Source: Chitinophagales bacterium (lineage in GTDB: Bacteria; Bacteroidota; Bacteroidia; Chitinophagales; JANQFB01). From it: a stretch of 64,000 nucleotides of DNA. The stretch's first letter is position 1, and the number at the start of each line of letters is the position of its first letter. Position numbers and translations under genes: made by a program. Below are positions 1 to 9,298 of the stretch, one piece after another. The stretch lies in the NCBI GenBank assembly GCA_028278085.1, contig JANQFB010000055.1, forward strand, positions 3,806 through 67,805, given 5' to 3'. Under the pieces are notes generated by a model, which saw only the letters and a program-made list of their open reading frames with translations, made no database searches and was not told the origin of the DNA.

Positions 1-480
1 CGGGAGATCTCAACGGCTACCATGGCACATAAATGGCTGTTTTATGCGGACTATGTGGAGCGCGACGATAGCTGGCCCCGGGATATTTTCACAAAAAAAC
101 GTCAAACGGGAACAGATTTAGGGGAAAAGATGTTTAATGCCTTTGAAAATGCCTTTGAATCTAATTACGGATCTGTTATTATTATAGGAAGTGACTGTCC
201 CGGATTAACCACCACATTGTTGGAAACAGCTTTTACTTATTTGACCACCAAGGATATAGTGATCGGACCCTCAAATGACGGCGGCTATTATCTATTGGGT
301 ATGCGTCAACCCGTCCCCCAAATTTTCCAAAACAAGTCGTGGAGTACCCCAACCGTTTTGGAACAAACCCTAGCTGATATTTCAATGTTGGGTCTTTCTG
401 TGGAGCTATTACCTGAATTGACGGATATCGATACGATCCATGATTGGCAGGCCTGGCAACAACAAACAGCGAGATCATGA
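1..480 (+). CDS. DUF2064/TIGR04282-type glycosyltransferase-fold protein (arsenosugar-cluster type); 5' end probably off-window
   Basis: The frame is open from nt 1 to the stop at 478-480. Motifs 'IIIGSDCPGL' and 'SNDGGYYLLG' are typical of DUF2064 nucleotide-sugar-transferase-like proteins. It lies directly upstream of an ArsM-like gene. Confidence 0.65.
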   Translation, partial: REISTATMAHKWLFYADYVERDDSWPRDIFTKKRQTGTDLGEKMFNAFENAFESNYGSVIIIGSDCPGLTTTLLETAFTYLTTKDIVIGPSNDGGYYLLGMRQPVPQIFQNKSWSTPTVLEQTLADISMLGLSVELLPELTDIDTIHDWQAWQQQTARS

Positions 481-551
481 AAACATACGTGGGCGGGTAC
501 ATCGATAAAAGCTCCCTTTATTCCTTGAAAAGTTAAAAAACGACCCGAAAG

Positions 552-1523
552 ATGTCCGAATACCTGGAAACAACCAAAGCCGTTTATAAAGATGCAGCCG
601 TGCAGCCAGTACAGGGATTATGCTGTACCACCAATCCCATTTGGCAACTCCCAGGCCTCGAGATCCCCGGGAAAATGCTGGAAATGAATTACGGATGCGG
701 CACTACAGTCCATCCCCGTGACCTCGTGAATGATCCGGCGGTGTTATATGTAGGTGTCGGCGGAGGTATGGAGCTTTTGCAGTTCTCATATTTCAGCAGA
801 CGGAAAGGAGCCATCATCGGTATTGATGCCGTTCCGGAAATGCTAGCGGTTTGTTACCGGAATTTCGAGGAAGCGGAAACTTTGAACCCATGGTTCAGCA
901 GTGATTTTGTTCAATTGAAAGCCGGAGATGCCCTTAACCTACCGGTTGACGATGCTTCCATAGATATTGCAGCGCAAAACTGTCTGTTCAATATTTTCAA
1001 ACCCGCCGACCTCACCCAAGCATTAACCGAAATGTACCGGGTACTGAAGCCTCATGGCAAATTGGTATTATCGGACCCTGTGTGTGAGACAGAGATACCG
1101 GAAGCGCTTGGGGAGGATGAAAAGCTACGGGCCTTGTGTTTAAGCGGGTCTATTCCCCTGGACGCCTATGTTAAAAAGATAAGCGATACAGGTTTCGGAA
1201 CGATAGAGGTCCGTGCCAAACGACCCTACAGAATACTCGACCCGGCGCACTATGATACCCCACACTTAATTTATATCGAAAGTGTGGAGATCTGTGCGAT
1301 AAAGGATCCGATGCCTGATGACGGACCCTGCGTATTCACCGGCAAAACGGCCATTTATTATGGTAGCGAGGATTATTTCGACGATGGGAAAGGACATGTG
1401 TTGCTGCAAAATCAACCCCTGTCCGTGTGTGATAAAACAGCCTCGAAACTGGCGGCGCTCGATAGAAATGATATTTTTATTTCGCCTTCCACCTATTTTT
1501 ATGACGGCGGGGGTTGTTGCTAA
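552..1523 (+). CDS. arsM: Arsenite S-adenosylmethionine methyltransferase (ArsM-like)
   Basis: SAM-binding motif I 'VLYVGVGGGMEL', an N-terminal vicinal cysteine pair 'GLCCTT', further conserved Cys residues, and a C-terminal 'GGGCC'. Length 323 aa. Confidence 0.75.
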   Translation: MSEYLETTKAVYKDAAVQPVQGLCCTTNPIWQLPGLEIPGKMLEMNYGCGTTVHPRDLVNDPAVLYVGVGGGMELLQFSYFSRRKGAIIGIDAVPEMLAVCYRNFEEAETLNPWFSSDFVQLKAGDALNLPVDDASIDIAAQNCLFNIFKPADLTQALTEMYRVLKPHGKLVLSDPVCETEIPEALGEDEKLRALCLSGSIPLDAYVKKISDTGFGTIEVRAKRPYRILDPAHYDTPHLIYIESVEICAIKDPMPDDGPCVFTGKTAIYYGSEDYFDDGKGHVLLQNQPLSVCDKTASKLAALDRNDIFISPSTYFYDGGGCC

Positions 1524-1570
1524 GGCCAACATTGCTTTTTAAACCTAATTATGATTGAAAACTTTCCCGA

Positions 1571-2134
1571 ATGGCATACATTGAAATAATTCAGCCGGAA
1601 CAATCCACAGGTCGTTTACAGGAGATCTATGCTCAAATCAAAGAGAAACGCGGAAAGATCGCCGAAGTTCACAAGATCCAAAGCTTAAACCCGGAATCTA
1701 TTGTCAACCACATGGATCTCTACATGACCATTATGTTCGGTAAGTCTCCCCTGAAAAGATATCAGCGGGAAATGATGGCAGTGATCGTATCTAAAAACAA
1801 CGATTGTGACTATTGCCAGCAGCATCATGGAACAGCATTGCTGCATTTCTGGAAAGATCAGCAGAAGATCGATCAGCTAAAGCAGGATTACCATGCCCTG
1901 GGCCTGGATCCCGCTGATCAACAGTTGTGCGAATATGCAAGAGAATTGACCGTCAATCCGGGTGGCATCAAAGAGGAGGATCATATCCAAAAACTCCGGG
2001 AAGCTGGCCTGGATGACACGGCTATCCTGGATGCTTCCCTGGTCATTGCTTATTTCAATTTTGTCAACCGGATGGTACTTGGCCTGGGTGTGCACCTGGA
2101 ACAAGACAACGGGAGAGGATTTTATTACGATTAA
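1571..2134 (+). CDS. AhpD/carboxymuconolactone-decarboxylase-fold peroxidase-related protein (arsenosugar-associated type)
   Basis: Contains the AhpD-like CxxC-H motif 'CDYCQQHH'. It is 187 aa and starts 47 nt downstream of arsM on the same strand. Confidence 0.7.
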   Translation: MAYIEIIQPEQSTGRLQEIYAQIKEKRGKIAEVHKIQSLNPESIVNHMDLYMTIMFGKSPLKRYQREMMAVIVSKNNDCDYCQQHHGTALLHFWKDQQKIDQLKQDYHALGLDPADQQLCEYARELTVNPGGIKEEDHIQKLREAGLDDTAILDASLVIAYFNFVNRMVLGLGVHLEQDNGRGFYYD

Positions 2135-2166
2135 CAGCCTTCCCGGCAAGCCTCAAAGAGCTGGTA

Positions 2167-4305
2167 TTATTGTTTCACAACCATTAACCGGTCCTTGAAA
2201 ATTATCCCTTGGGTATTGCTGGTAATAACCATATAGATCCCCGGTTCCACCGAATTATTGATATCAATCCCTATTAAGGCGCCGCTGCTGTTGTAAATGA
2301 CCATCTTTGAAAATACTTCCCTGCCTACCATATCGGATAAGACGATCAAAACCTCTTCCCCGGACCGGGTATCTCCATCCGGCAGCACCACATAAAAGGA
2401 CTCCCCGTTCCTGACCGGGTTCGGAAATAATTTATACCCCTGTGCGGCTAACAACAGATCCTTCCTGACCGGAACCATATCGGAATAGGTATAGCTGCCG
2501 TCAAAGTCGACTTGCTTTAAGCGGTAGTAGGACAATCCGCTGTACGGGAATTTATCCAGGTAGCTGTAAGTGCTTATATCAGCAGTGGTACCATTGCCAG
2601 GTATCCGTGCGATGGCGTCAAAATGCATACCATCTTTGCTCCGTTCAAGGGCAAAGTGGTCATTGTTTACTTCACTGGCCGTAACCCAGGTAAGCAGGAT
2701 ACCACCGGGGTCATTTTTTGCCGTTAATATAATCCCTTCAATGGGCAGCAGACCACCATCCTCCAAAGGATTGGATCCGGCCAGGGAAGAACCGAATGTA
2801 ATGGGGCCAAAAGAAGTTATCGCCCCGCTCGAGGTCACGCTTCCGGACCCTACAGTACCGGATACAGCTCCCTGGCCGTCGTTTTGCCAAAGGGCGCCAT
2901 CGAAACTGCTGATCTTGATATCGGCGAGGTCATTGATACCGCTTCGGCTGCCATTTCCCCAAAATAAGGTAACGGTCAGATTGTTCGTGCCCGATATTTC
3001 ATTGAGGTCCCAATACTCGACCGTACTGACATTATTCAGCGAAACCGATAACGCCGAGGTATTCACATAAGCCCCATTATGATATTCCACCTGGTAAATA
3101 TCGCTGGTATTGTTGGGAGCGCTGATCGCAATGGGTGAATAAAAGCTCCCATCGCCAACCGGAAAGGTAAATGCATCATCCCCGGCCTTACGCAACGGGC
3201 CATCGACATAGCTTGCCGAGGAACCGCCGGTAGACACACCCTCATCCGCTATCATTAAATAGTTGGTAAGGGTACTATAAACGACGCCGGTTGAAAGCGC
3301 TAAAATACTATCGACCCTGGTTTGATTGTTTAAGGTAACCCCAAACCCGCTGGTATTGCTGATCGCCAATATCTCAAAATCTTCTCCGTTCGGGTTGGTA
3401 ATCGATTGTGGATTGGAACCTTTAAACGTTACGGCCATTTTATACTGTCTAAAAGGATCCGGGGCCGTGCTGTTATTGATCCAGTTGCCTTCGATGTCTA
3501 TGTCGTTTTTAGCCGGATTCAAGATAGCAGACCCGGTAATGGTCAGATCTCCGCTGACTTCGAGATCAAAGCCGGTATATTTGATATCCGAGGTTGACAG
3601 GATGAGATTATAATAAGAACTGACCGGATCTTTAATGGCTTGCATCCCTGCCATATAATAATTAACCGTGTTTCCGGGCGTGGATGCTTCAAGCTTGCCG
3701 AACCCGGAAAAGATCTGGTTGCCGGAATTCAAGATTCCTCTATTATCGAAAGTGGCATCGGCATGGGTGGCTACCAGGTTGGCCGGTCCGAGACTTATGG
3801 TGCCATAATTGGTAACGGTGGGAAAGGAACCGGAAAAAGATGCCAGGGCCAAATCCCCGCCGATCATATCAATATCGGCGCTGCTTAAAATATCCAGGTC
3901 TCCAAAGAGGTTGACGGTACTCGTGTTGCTAACAAACCCCGTTCCGTCAAGGGTGTGGGAAGTACCGGCAAAACCCCAGATCAAGAAACTGGCACCATCG
4001 AAATTTCCATTCAGGATCAGATCCCCATTGATATGAAACATCCTTCCGGATGCCAGCAATTGAGCTCCTGCCTCGACGTTAAGATCATTAATAATGGTGG
4101 AGGCGGCGGTCAATACAATTACGCTCCCATTGGCAATAACCGCATCGTCAGTACTGGCGGGAATACAGAAACAATCCCAGGATGAAGGGTCACTCCACAA
4201 CCCCGCCCCCACAACTACCGTTGTCCGGGTAAAGGAATAAGCCTCACCGGAGAAAAGAATAAGAACCCATAAAAACCTCTCAAATAATACATGAACCGCT
4301 CGCAT
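2167..4305 (-). CDS. T9SS-secreted surface protein, tandem paralog 1 of 4 (type-A C-terminal sorting domain)
   Basis: Hydrophobic signal sequence 'FLWVLILFSGEAYS', then the N-terminal motif 'LWSDPSSWDC'. A Gly/Asn/Thr-rich region looks beta-helix-like. The pre-CTD domain reads 'LPIEGIILTA...YYRLKQVDFDG'. The C-terminal 'LFPNPV...GIYMV' tail is typical of Por sorting domains. The ORF track starts at a TTG at 4326, but the ATG at 4305 is the more likely start. Confidence 0.8.
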   Translation of the reverse strand: MRAVHVLFERFLWVLILFSGEAYSFTRTTVVVGAGLWSDPSSWDCFCIPASTDDAVIANGSVIVLTAASTIINDLNVEAGAQLLASGRMFHINGDLILNGNFDGASFLIWGFAGTSHTLDGTGFVSNTSTVNLFGDLDILSSADIDMIGGDLALASFSGSFPTVTNYGTISLGPANLVATHADATFDNRGILNSGNQIFSGFGKLEASTPGNTVNYYMAGMQAIKDPVSSYYNLILSTSDIKYTGFDLEVSGDLTITGSAILNPAKNDIDIEGNWINNSTAPDPFRQYKMAVTFKGSNPQSITNPNGEDFEILAISNTSGFGVTLNNQTRVDSILALSTGVVYSTLTNYLMIADEGVSTGGSSASYVDGPLRKAGDDAFTFPVGDGSFYSPIAISAPNNTSDIYQVEYHNGAYVNTSALSVSLNNVSTVEYWDLNEISGTNNLTVTLFWGNGSRSGINDLADIKISSFDGALWQNDGQGAVSGTVGSGSVTSSGAITSFGPITFGSSLAGSNPLEDGGLLPIEGIILTAKNDPGGILLTWVTASEVNNDHFALERSKDGMHFDAIARIPGNGTTADISTYSYLDKFPYSGLSYYRLKQVDFDGSYTYSDMVPVRKDLLLAAQGYKLFPNPVRNGESFYVVLPDGDTRSGEEVLIVLSDMVGREVFSKMVIYNSSGALIGIDINNSVEPGIYMVITSNTQGIIFKDRLMVVKQ

Positions 4306-4530
4306 AACAATAATTTTAATACCCAAAAAAAGGCACAGGTGCAGATCTGTCAGTTGATCTGCCTCTCTATTAATGTTGCTCGCGGAAAATAACCTGCCAT
4401 AATAAGGCAGGATCGGATAGATCTAAAAAGCTAAAAATTTCCTATACGGGTATAAGAATCTGTCAGCTATTTATACCTAAGTTAATACATTCCTAACGGA
4501 TCTCCAAATAAAATTCATCTTCCGGGTCCT

Positions 4531-6681
4531 TTATTGTCTCAGGACCATTAACCGGTCATTGAATCGAATTTGATCATCATTACTGGCAATGGCCACATAG
4601 ATGCCCGGATTGAGTTGGTTGTTGACATCCACAGCAATATGTACCCCATTTTTCTCAAAGACGATCACTTTGGAAAATACTTCTCTGCCATTGATATCCG
4701 CTAAAACGATCAGCACCTCCTCTCCGGCTTCAAAGCTTCCGTCGGGAAGACTGATATGGAACTGTTCCCCGCTTACAACAGGATTGGGAAATATCTTAAT
4801 GCCGCTGGTAGCCGCGGGCAGTATGTCGAATCGGGCGGTAACGGTTTCCGTATAGGAAAAATTACCGTCGAAATCTGTCTGCCTGAGCCGGTAATAGGAC
4901 ATACCATATAAAGGCTGTTCATCGACATACAGATATTGTGAAACACTACTTTTGTTCCCGGCTCCTTTTACCCTGGCAATGGGCTCGAAATGTTCTCCGT
5001 CGACGCTTCTTTCCACCGTAAAATGATCACAATTCACTTCAACTGCCGTAACCCACTGAACGTTGATCTGTTGATGGTCTTTAACGGCGTTCAGTGAGAT
5101 CAGTTCAATCGGAAGGATCGTACCGGCTCCGAGCGGATTGACACTTCCTGACGAAGAGCCAAAAGTAACATAGCTATAATCGATCATGGATATATTACCT
5201 TCTATTTTTCCGGCGGCCAAATTCCCGCTAACAGAACCTCTTCCAAGGTCGAGCCATTTACTGAGCGTGGCGTCATAATTAGAGACCGTCAGATCATTCA
5301 GATCGTTTATATCACTTTTGGTACCATCTTCCCAGTAAATCGTAACTTCAAGGGCATTGGAACCGCTGATCTCCTCCAACCGCCAGTATTCAAGTACACT
5401 GACATTATTCAACCCCGCCCCTTTGGATCCGGGGTTGATCGTAGGATCGCCGATATATTCGGCGCGATAAGTATCGGTAACATTAGCCGGAGAAGATATT
5501 TCTATCCGGGCATAGTGATTGTCGTCGCCAACCGGAAAAACAAATCCGGAATTGCCCACTTTTTCCATGGGTCCGTCAACAAAACTGACATTGGAGGAAA
5601 TCGTAGAAGCGCCGTTGAGTACCGTTAACATCGACGATAAAGAGGTATATAATATCCCGTCTAGCAATTCCAGTTGAGAATTGATGTGAACAGGCCCTTT
5701 TAACGTTACACCGGTGCTGCTGGTGTTCACCATCCTGACATTGTCCAAAGTTTCCAAGGCAGCCGTGTTGATGTCTTGTGGCTGAGATCCCTGTATATAT
5801 ATGATCGTACCGGTCTCAAGAAAAGGATCTGCATGAGTACTGGTGTTGTTCCAATGACCGCTTAGGTAGATCACTTTACCCATCGGGTCGTATTGAGCCG
5901 ATCCTTCAATGGTCAGATCTCCATCGATGGTGATATCATGATCCGATGTTTTTGTTCCACTGGTACCGATCTTGAGATGGTAATAGGTGGAAACCGGCTC
6001 CACGATGTACTGATTGCCCGCCTGGTAATAATTGACCGTATTTCCGGGGGATGACGCATCCAGTTTTCCTTTACCGCCATAGGCCTGAAATATTTCGCTG
6101 GCAGAGTTCAGGGTTCCCCGGTTAATGAACATACCGTCAGATCCCTGGGATGACAGGTTTGCCGGACCAAGGCTGATGGTACCATTATTGGTTACTACCG
6201 GATCAGGGCCCGCATTATCCACTAAAAAAAAGTCACCTCCGATCATGGAAAGATCAGAGTTGGAAAGAATATTCAGGTCGCCCCTGATCGCCAATAAATT
6301 CGTATTGCTGAAAAAACCGGATCCGCTAAGCGATGCTGTAATCCCGGGTGCTCCTAACATGATAGCGCTGGCGCCATCCAGTTGGCCATCCAGAATGATC
6401 CAGCCGGCGACGTTAAAAACAAATCCCGAGGCTTGAAGGACGCCCCCGGTCTCAATTTCGAGCCCCATGATCTTTAAAGCGGTGATCGCCAGGATTACTG
6501 TTTTTCCCGAAGGAATGACTGCCGTATCCAGAGCTGTCGGAACAGTACCCAGATCCCAGGTTGTCGGATTACTCCATAAGGCCGGAGCGGCATTTACCGC
6601 GACATATCTGTCAGCGTAGCTATTTAAGCCGATCAATAGTGCGATAGTAAGAAAGCCGTGGCTTAACAGACTTCGAAACAT
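4531..6681 (-). CDS. T9SS-secreted surface protein, tandem paralog 2 of 4 (type-A CTD)
   Basis: Signal peptide 'FLTIALLIGLNSYA', then 'LWSNPTTWD'. It shares the domain order and 'LPIELISLNA...YYRLRQTDFDG' with the other paralogs, and ends in 'IFPNPVVSGEQF...GIYVAIASN'. Confidence 0.85.
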   Translation of the reverse strand: MFRSLLSHGFLTIALLIGLNSYADRYVAVNAAPALWSNPTTWDLGTVPTALDTAVIPSGKTVILAITALKIMGLEIETGGVLQASGFVFNVAGWIILDGQLDGASAIMLGAPGITASLSGSGFFSNTNLLAIRGDLNILSNSDLSMIGGDFFLVDNAGPDPVVTNNGTISLGPANLSSQGSDGMFINRGTLNSASEIFQAYGGKGKLDASSPGNTVNYYQAGNQYIVEPVSTYYHLKIGTSGTKTSDHDITIDGDLTIEGSAQYDPMGKVIYLSGHWNNTSTHADPFLETGTIIYIQGSQPQDINTAALETLDNVRMVNTSSTGVTLKGPVHINSQLELLDGILYTSLSSMLTVLNGASTISSNVSFVDGPMEKVGNSGFVFPVGDDNHYARIEISSPANVTDTYRAEYIGDPTINPGSKGAGLNNVSVLEYWRLEEISGSNALEVTIYWEDGTKSDINDLNDLTVSNYDATLSKWLDLGRGSVSGNLAAGKIEGNISMIDYSYVTFGSSSGSVNPLGAGTILPIELISLNAVKDHQQINVQWVTAVEVNCDHFTVERSVDGEHFEPIARVKGAGNKSSVSQYLYVDEQPLYGMSYYRLRQTDFDGNFSYTETVTARFDILPAATSGIKIFPNPVVSGEQFHISLPDGSFEAGEEVLIVLADINGREVFSKVIVFEKNGVHIAVDVNNQLNPGIYVAIASNDDQIRFNDRLMVLRQ

Positions 6682-7040
6682 AAGGCAAATTTTTTAGTTA
6701 ATTAATACAATTAACACTTCATTGCCTGGGGTCACTTGGTTGTTGTTTGTTCTAAAAGCCCGGAGCTATAAGCTCATTTCGCATAATCAGATAGACATTA
6801 CTCAGGCTTTTAAGGTGGGTAGATTATTGATAATGTCTATTAGACTTTAACTAAAATAAGTCATCAGGTAAGCAATTCCAAATAAAAATCACCAATCCCG
6901 GGAAAATGGATGTTTCTACTTATGGAAATACTTAGAACCTCGTAGGCAAAACAACCATACTAAATCCCTAAGAGATTTTCCAAGGATGAAAAAACCTATA
7001 TGATTTGATTAAAATGCGGGAAATAAAGGCGAGAGCGTTG

Positions 7041-9209
7041 TTACTGCTCCAAAATATATACCCGCTCTCTGAAGACTATCTGGTCGTCGTTGCTGGCCAC
7101 TACCATATAAACGCCGGGACGAAGCTGATCATTGACGTCAACGGCAATCTTTGAACCATTCTTCTCAAAGACAACCAATTTGGAAAAAACTTCCCTGCCG
7201 GTAACATCGGCCAAAATGATCAATACTTCTTCGCCTTCAACGGAGCTTCCGTCCGGTAAGGCAATATTGAAGTTTTCACCGCTAACGACCGGGTTGGGAA
7301 ATAATTTTACCCCACCTGCCGCCATCAACATATCATTCCTGACGGTAACCGTTTCGGTATAGGAATAGGTTCCATCAAAATCGGTTTGCTTCAGCCGGTA
7401 ATAAGAAATTCCATACAGCGGATGCTGGTCGAGGTAACTGTAATTGGTAAGCTCCGTGGTATTACCGGCGCCCGGAACCCTGACCAATTCATCGAAATCG
7501 AGACCATTGGCGCTCCGCTCGACCGAATAATGATCATTGTTGATCTCGGTAGCCGTAATCCAGTTGATCCTGACGCCATTGGGTTCTTTGACGGCATTTA
7601 AGGCAATCAATTCAATCGGTAGAGGCCCGCCTACATCTCCCAAAGGATTAAATCCGTTGGTCGAAGAGCCGAGGGTGAAAGATCCATAAGTGGTTACAGC
7701 GCCTACAGAAGTGACGCTACCGGCAGCAGGGGAGCCCGAATTGCCTCCCTGGCCCTGATCATTCCACTCAGGAACACCTCCGTCGAAATAGGAGACTTTA
7801 AGATCTCCCATGTTGTTGACACCGCTCCGGGTGCCATCTTCCCAAAACAATGTAACGGCGACCGTGTTACCCGTAGCAATCCGGTTCAGGTTCCAATATT
7901 CCACAACACTGACGTTATTTAGGGCAGCATCCACTGACGCAGTATTAAAATGGCTGCCGTCAAAATATTCAGCTTCGAATATAGCCGCAGGTGAAGCCGG
8001 TGCAGTCATCCCGATACGGGCAAAAATGGTTCCGTCACCTACCGGGAAGGTAAAAATATCATTTCCTTCTTTTCGCATCGGGCCGTCGACAAAACTGGCC
8101 GCAGATCCGGAAGAGGATGTGGCGCCATCGGAAATGGATAACAGGCTGGCCGCAGAAGTATACAAATTACCGTCGACCAGGCTCAAAGCATTATCTACTC
8201 TTATATCATCATTAAGTGTGACACCGGTCGCACTCGTATTGTTGATGATGAGGTCTTCAAAAGTTTCTCCGATATTACTGGTAATGGATTGGGCTGCGGT
8301 ACCGTCAAAAGTAACATCCGAACCCGCCTCTACAAAGGGATCGCCATTTGTACTAATGTTGTTCCAATGACCGGCAACATCGACGTCAAAGCCGCTCGGA
8401 TCGAATTGAGTGGATCCGTCGATCTTCAGATCTCCGTTAACATCGACATCGGCCGATAAGGATTTGATATTGGAAGTTTCAAAATATAAGTGGTAATAGC
8501 TGCTCTCCGGCGGTTTGATGGCCTGGTTTCCGCTCTGTTGATAGATTACTATGTTCCCGGCAGTAGAGGCTTCAAGTTTCCCTTTACCACCATTCTGCAC
8601 AAAAACTTCACTCCCGGAACGCAAGGTGTTTCTATTGTCGAACATGCAATCGACACCGGCGGCTTTTAAGTTGGCTGGCCCTAAGCGGATAACACCGAAA
8701 TTGGTTACCACCGGATCCGGTCCACCGATATTATCCGCTAAATTCAAATCCCCGCCGATCATGGAAATATCCGTACCGGCAAGAATATCCATATCTCCCA
8801 GTATGTTGATGGTACCAATGGCCGTAAAAGTACCCAGACCCGACAAAGTGGTTGCAGACCCGGGAAAACCGACAGTGATCAGGCTGGCGCCGTTTACATC
8901 TCCATTAAGGATAATGTTGCCACTTACCTGAAATATGGCTCCCGCTACGTTGAACGTACCACCGGCCTGCACTTCCAAACCGGTACATTGTGCAAAGGGT
9001 AGTACAAGGGTTACATCGCTAACGTTGGAGATCACCACATTATCAATGGCTAAAGGAACGCGGCCGCAACTCCATATGGCCGGATTAGACCATAGGCTGG
9101 GAACAGCCGTTGTACAAGTACAGGTTAGCGCAAAGGTATGAATGGAAATCGTAGTGAATATAGCAAGGGAAAATAGCCGGGGAAAAAAATGCTGTAGAGA
9201 TTTATACAT
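7041..9209 (-). CDS. T9SS-secreted surface protein, tandem paralog 3 of 4 (type-A CTD)
   Basis: Signal peptide, then 'LWSNPAIWSC'. It shares long identical runs with paralog 4 ('MRKEGNDIFTFPVGDG', 'PLPIELIALNA', 'ALPDGSSVEGEEVLIILADV'). Confidence 0.85.
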   Translation of the reverse strand: MYKSLQHFFPRLFSLAIFTTISIHTFALTCTCTTAVPSLWSNPAIWSCGRVPLAIDNVVISNVSDVTLVLPFAQCTGLEVQAGGTFNVAGAIFQVSGNIILNGDVNGASLITVGFPGSATTLSGLGTFTAIGTINILGDMDILAGTDISMIGGDLNLADNIGGPDPVVTNFGVIRLGPANLKAAGVDCMFDNRNTLRSGSEVFVQNGGKGKLEASTAGNIVIYQQSGNQAIKPPESSYYHLYFETSNIKSLSADVDVNGDLKIDGSTQFDPSGFDVDVAGHWNNISTNGDPFVEAGSDVTFDGTAAQSITSNIGETFEDLIINNTSATGVTLNDDIRVDNALSLVDGNLYTSAASLLSISDGATSSSGSAASFVDGPMRKEGNDIFTFPVGDGTIFARIGMTAPASPAAIFEAEYFDGSHFNTASVDAALNNVSVVEYWNLNRIATGNTVAVTLFWEDGTRSGVNNMGDLKVSYFDGGVPEWNDQGQGGNSGSPAAGSVTSVGAVTTYGSFTLGSSTNGFNPLGDVGGPLPIELIALNAVKEPNGVRINWITATEINNDHYSVERSANGLDFDELVRVPGAGNTTELTNYSYLDQHPLYGISYYRLKQTDFDGTYSYTETVTVRNDMLMAAGGVKLFPNPVVSGENFNIALPDGSSVEGEEVLIILADVTGREVFSKLVVFEKNGSKIAVDVNDQLRPGVYMVVASNDDQIVFRERVYILEQ

Positions 9210-9298
9210 AATCCAATAGTTTATATATACCTTAAAAATAGCTTATCTAAGGCATTTTAACAAATATTTTTCCGTTTAACGGGGTGTGCCGGAAGGCT

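Noticed and set aside
6791-6840. A 10-bp inverted repeat (ATAGACATTA / TAATGTCTAT) in the gap between paralogs 3 and 2, considered as a terminator.
   Set aside because: The 30-nt loop, AT-rich stem and lack of a U-tract make it too weak to call.
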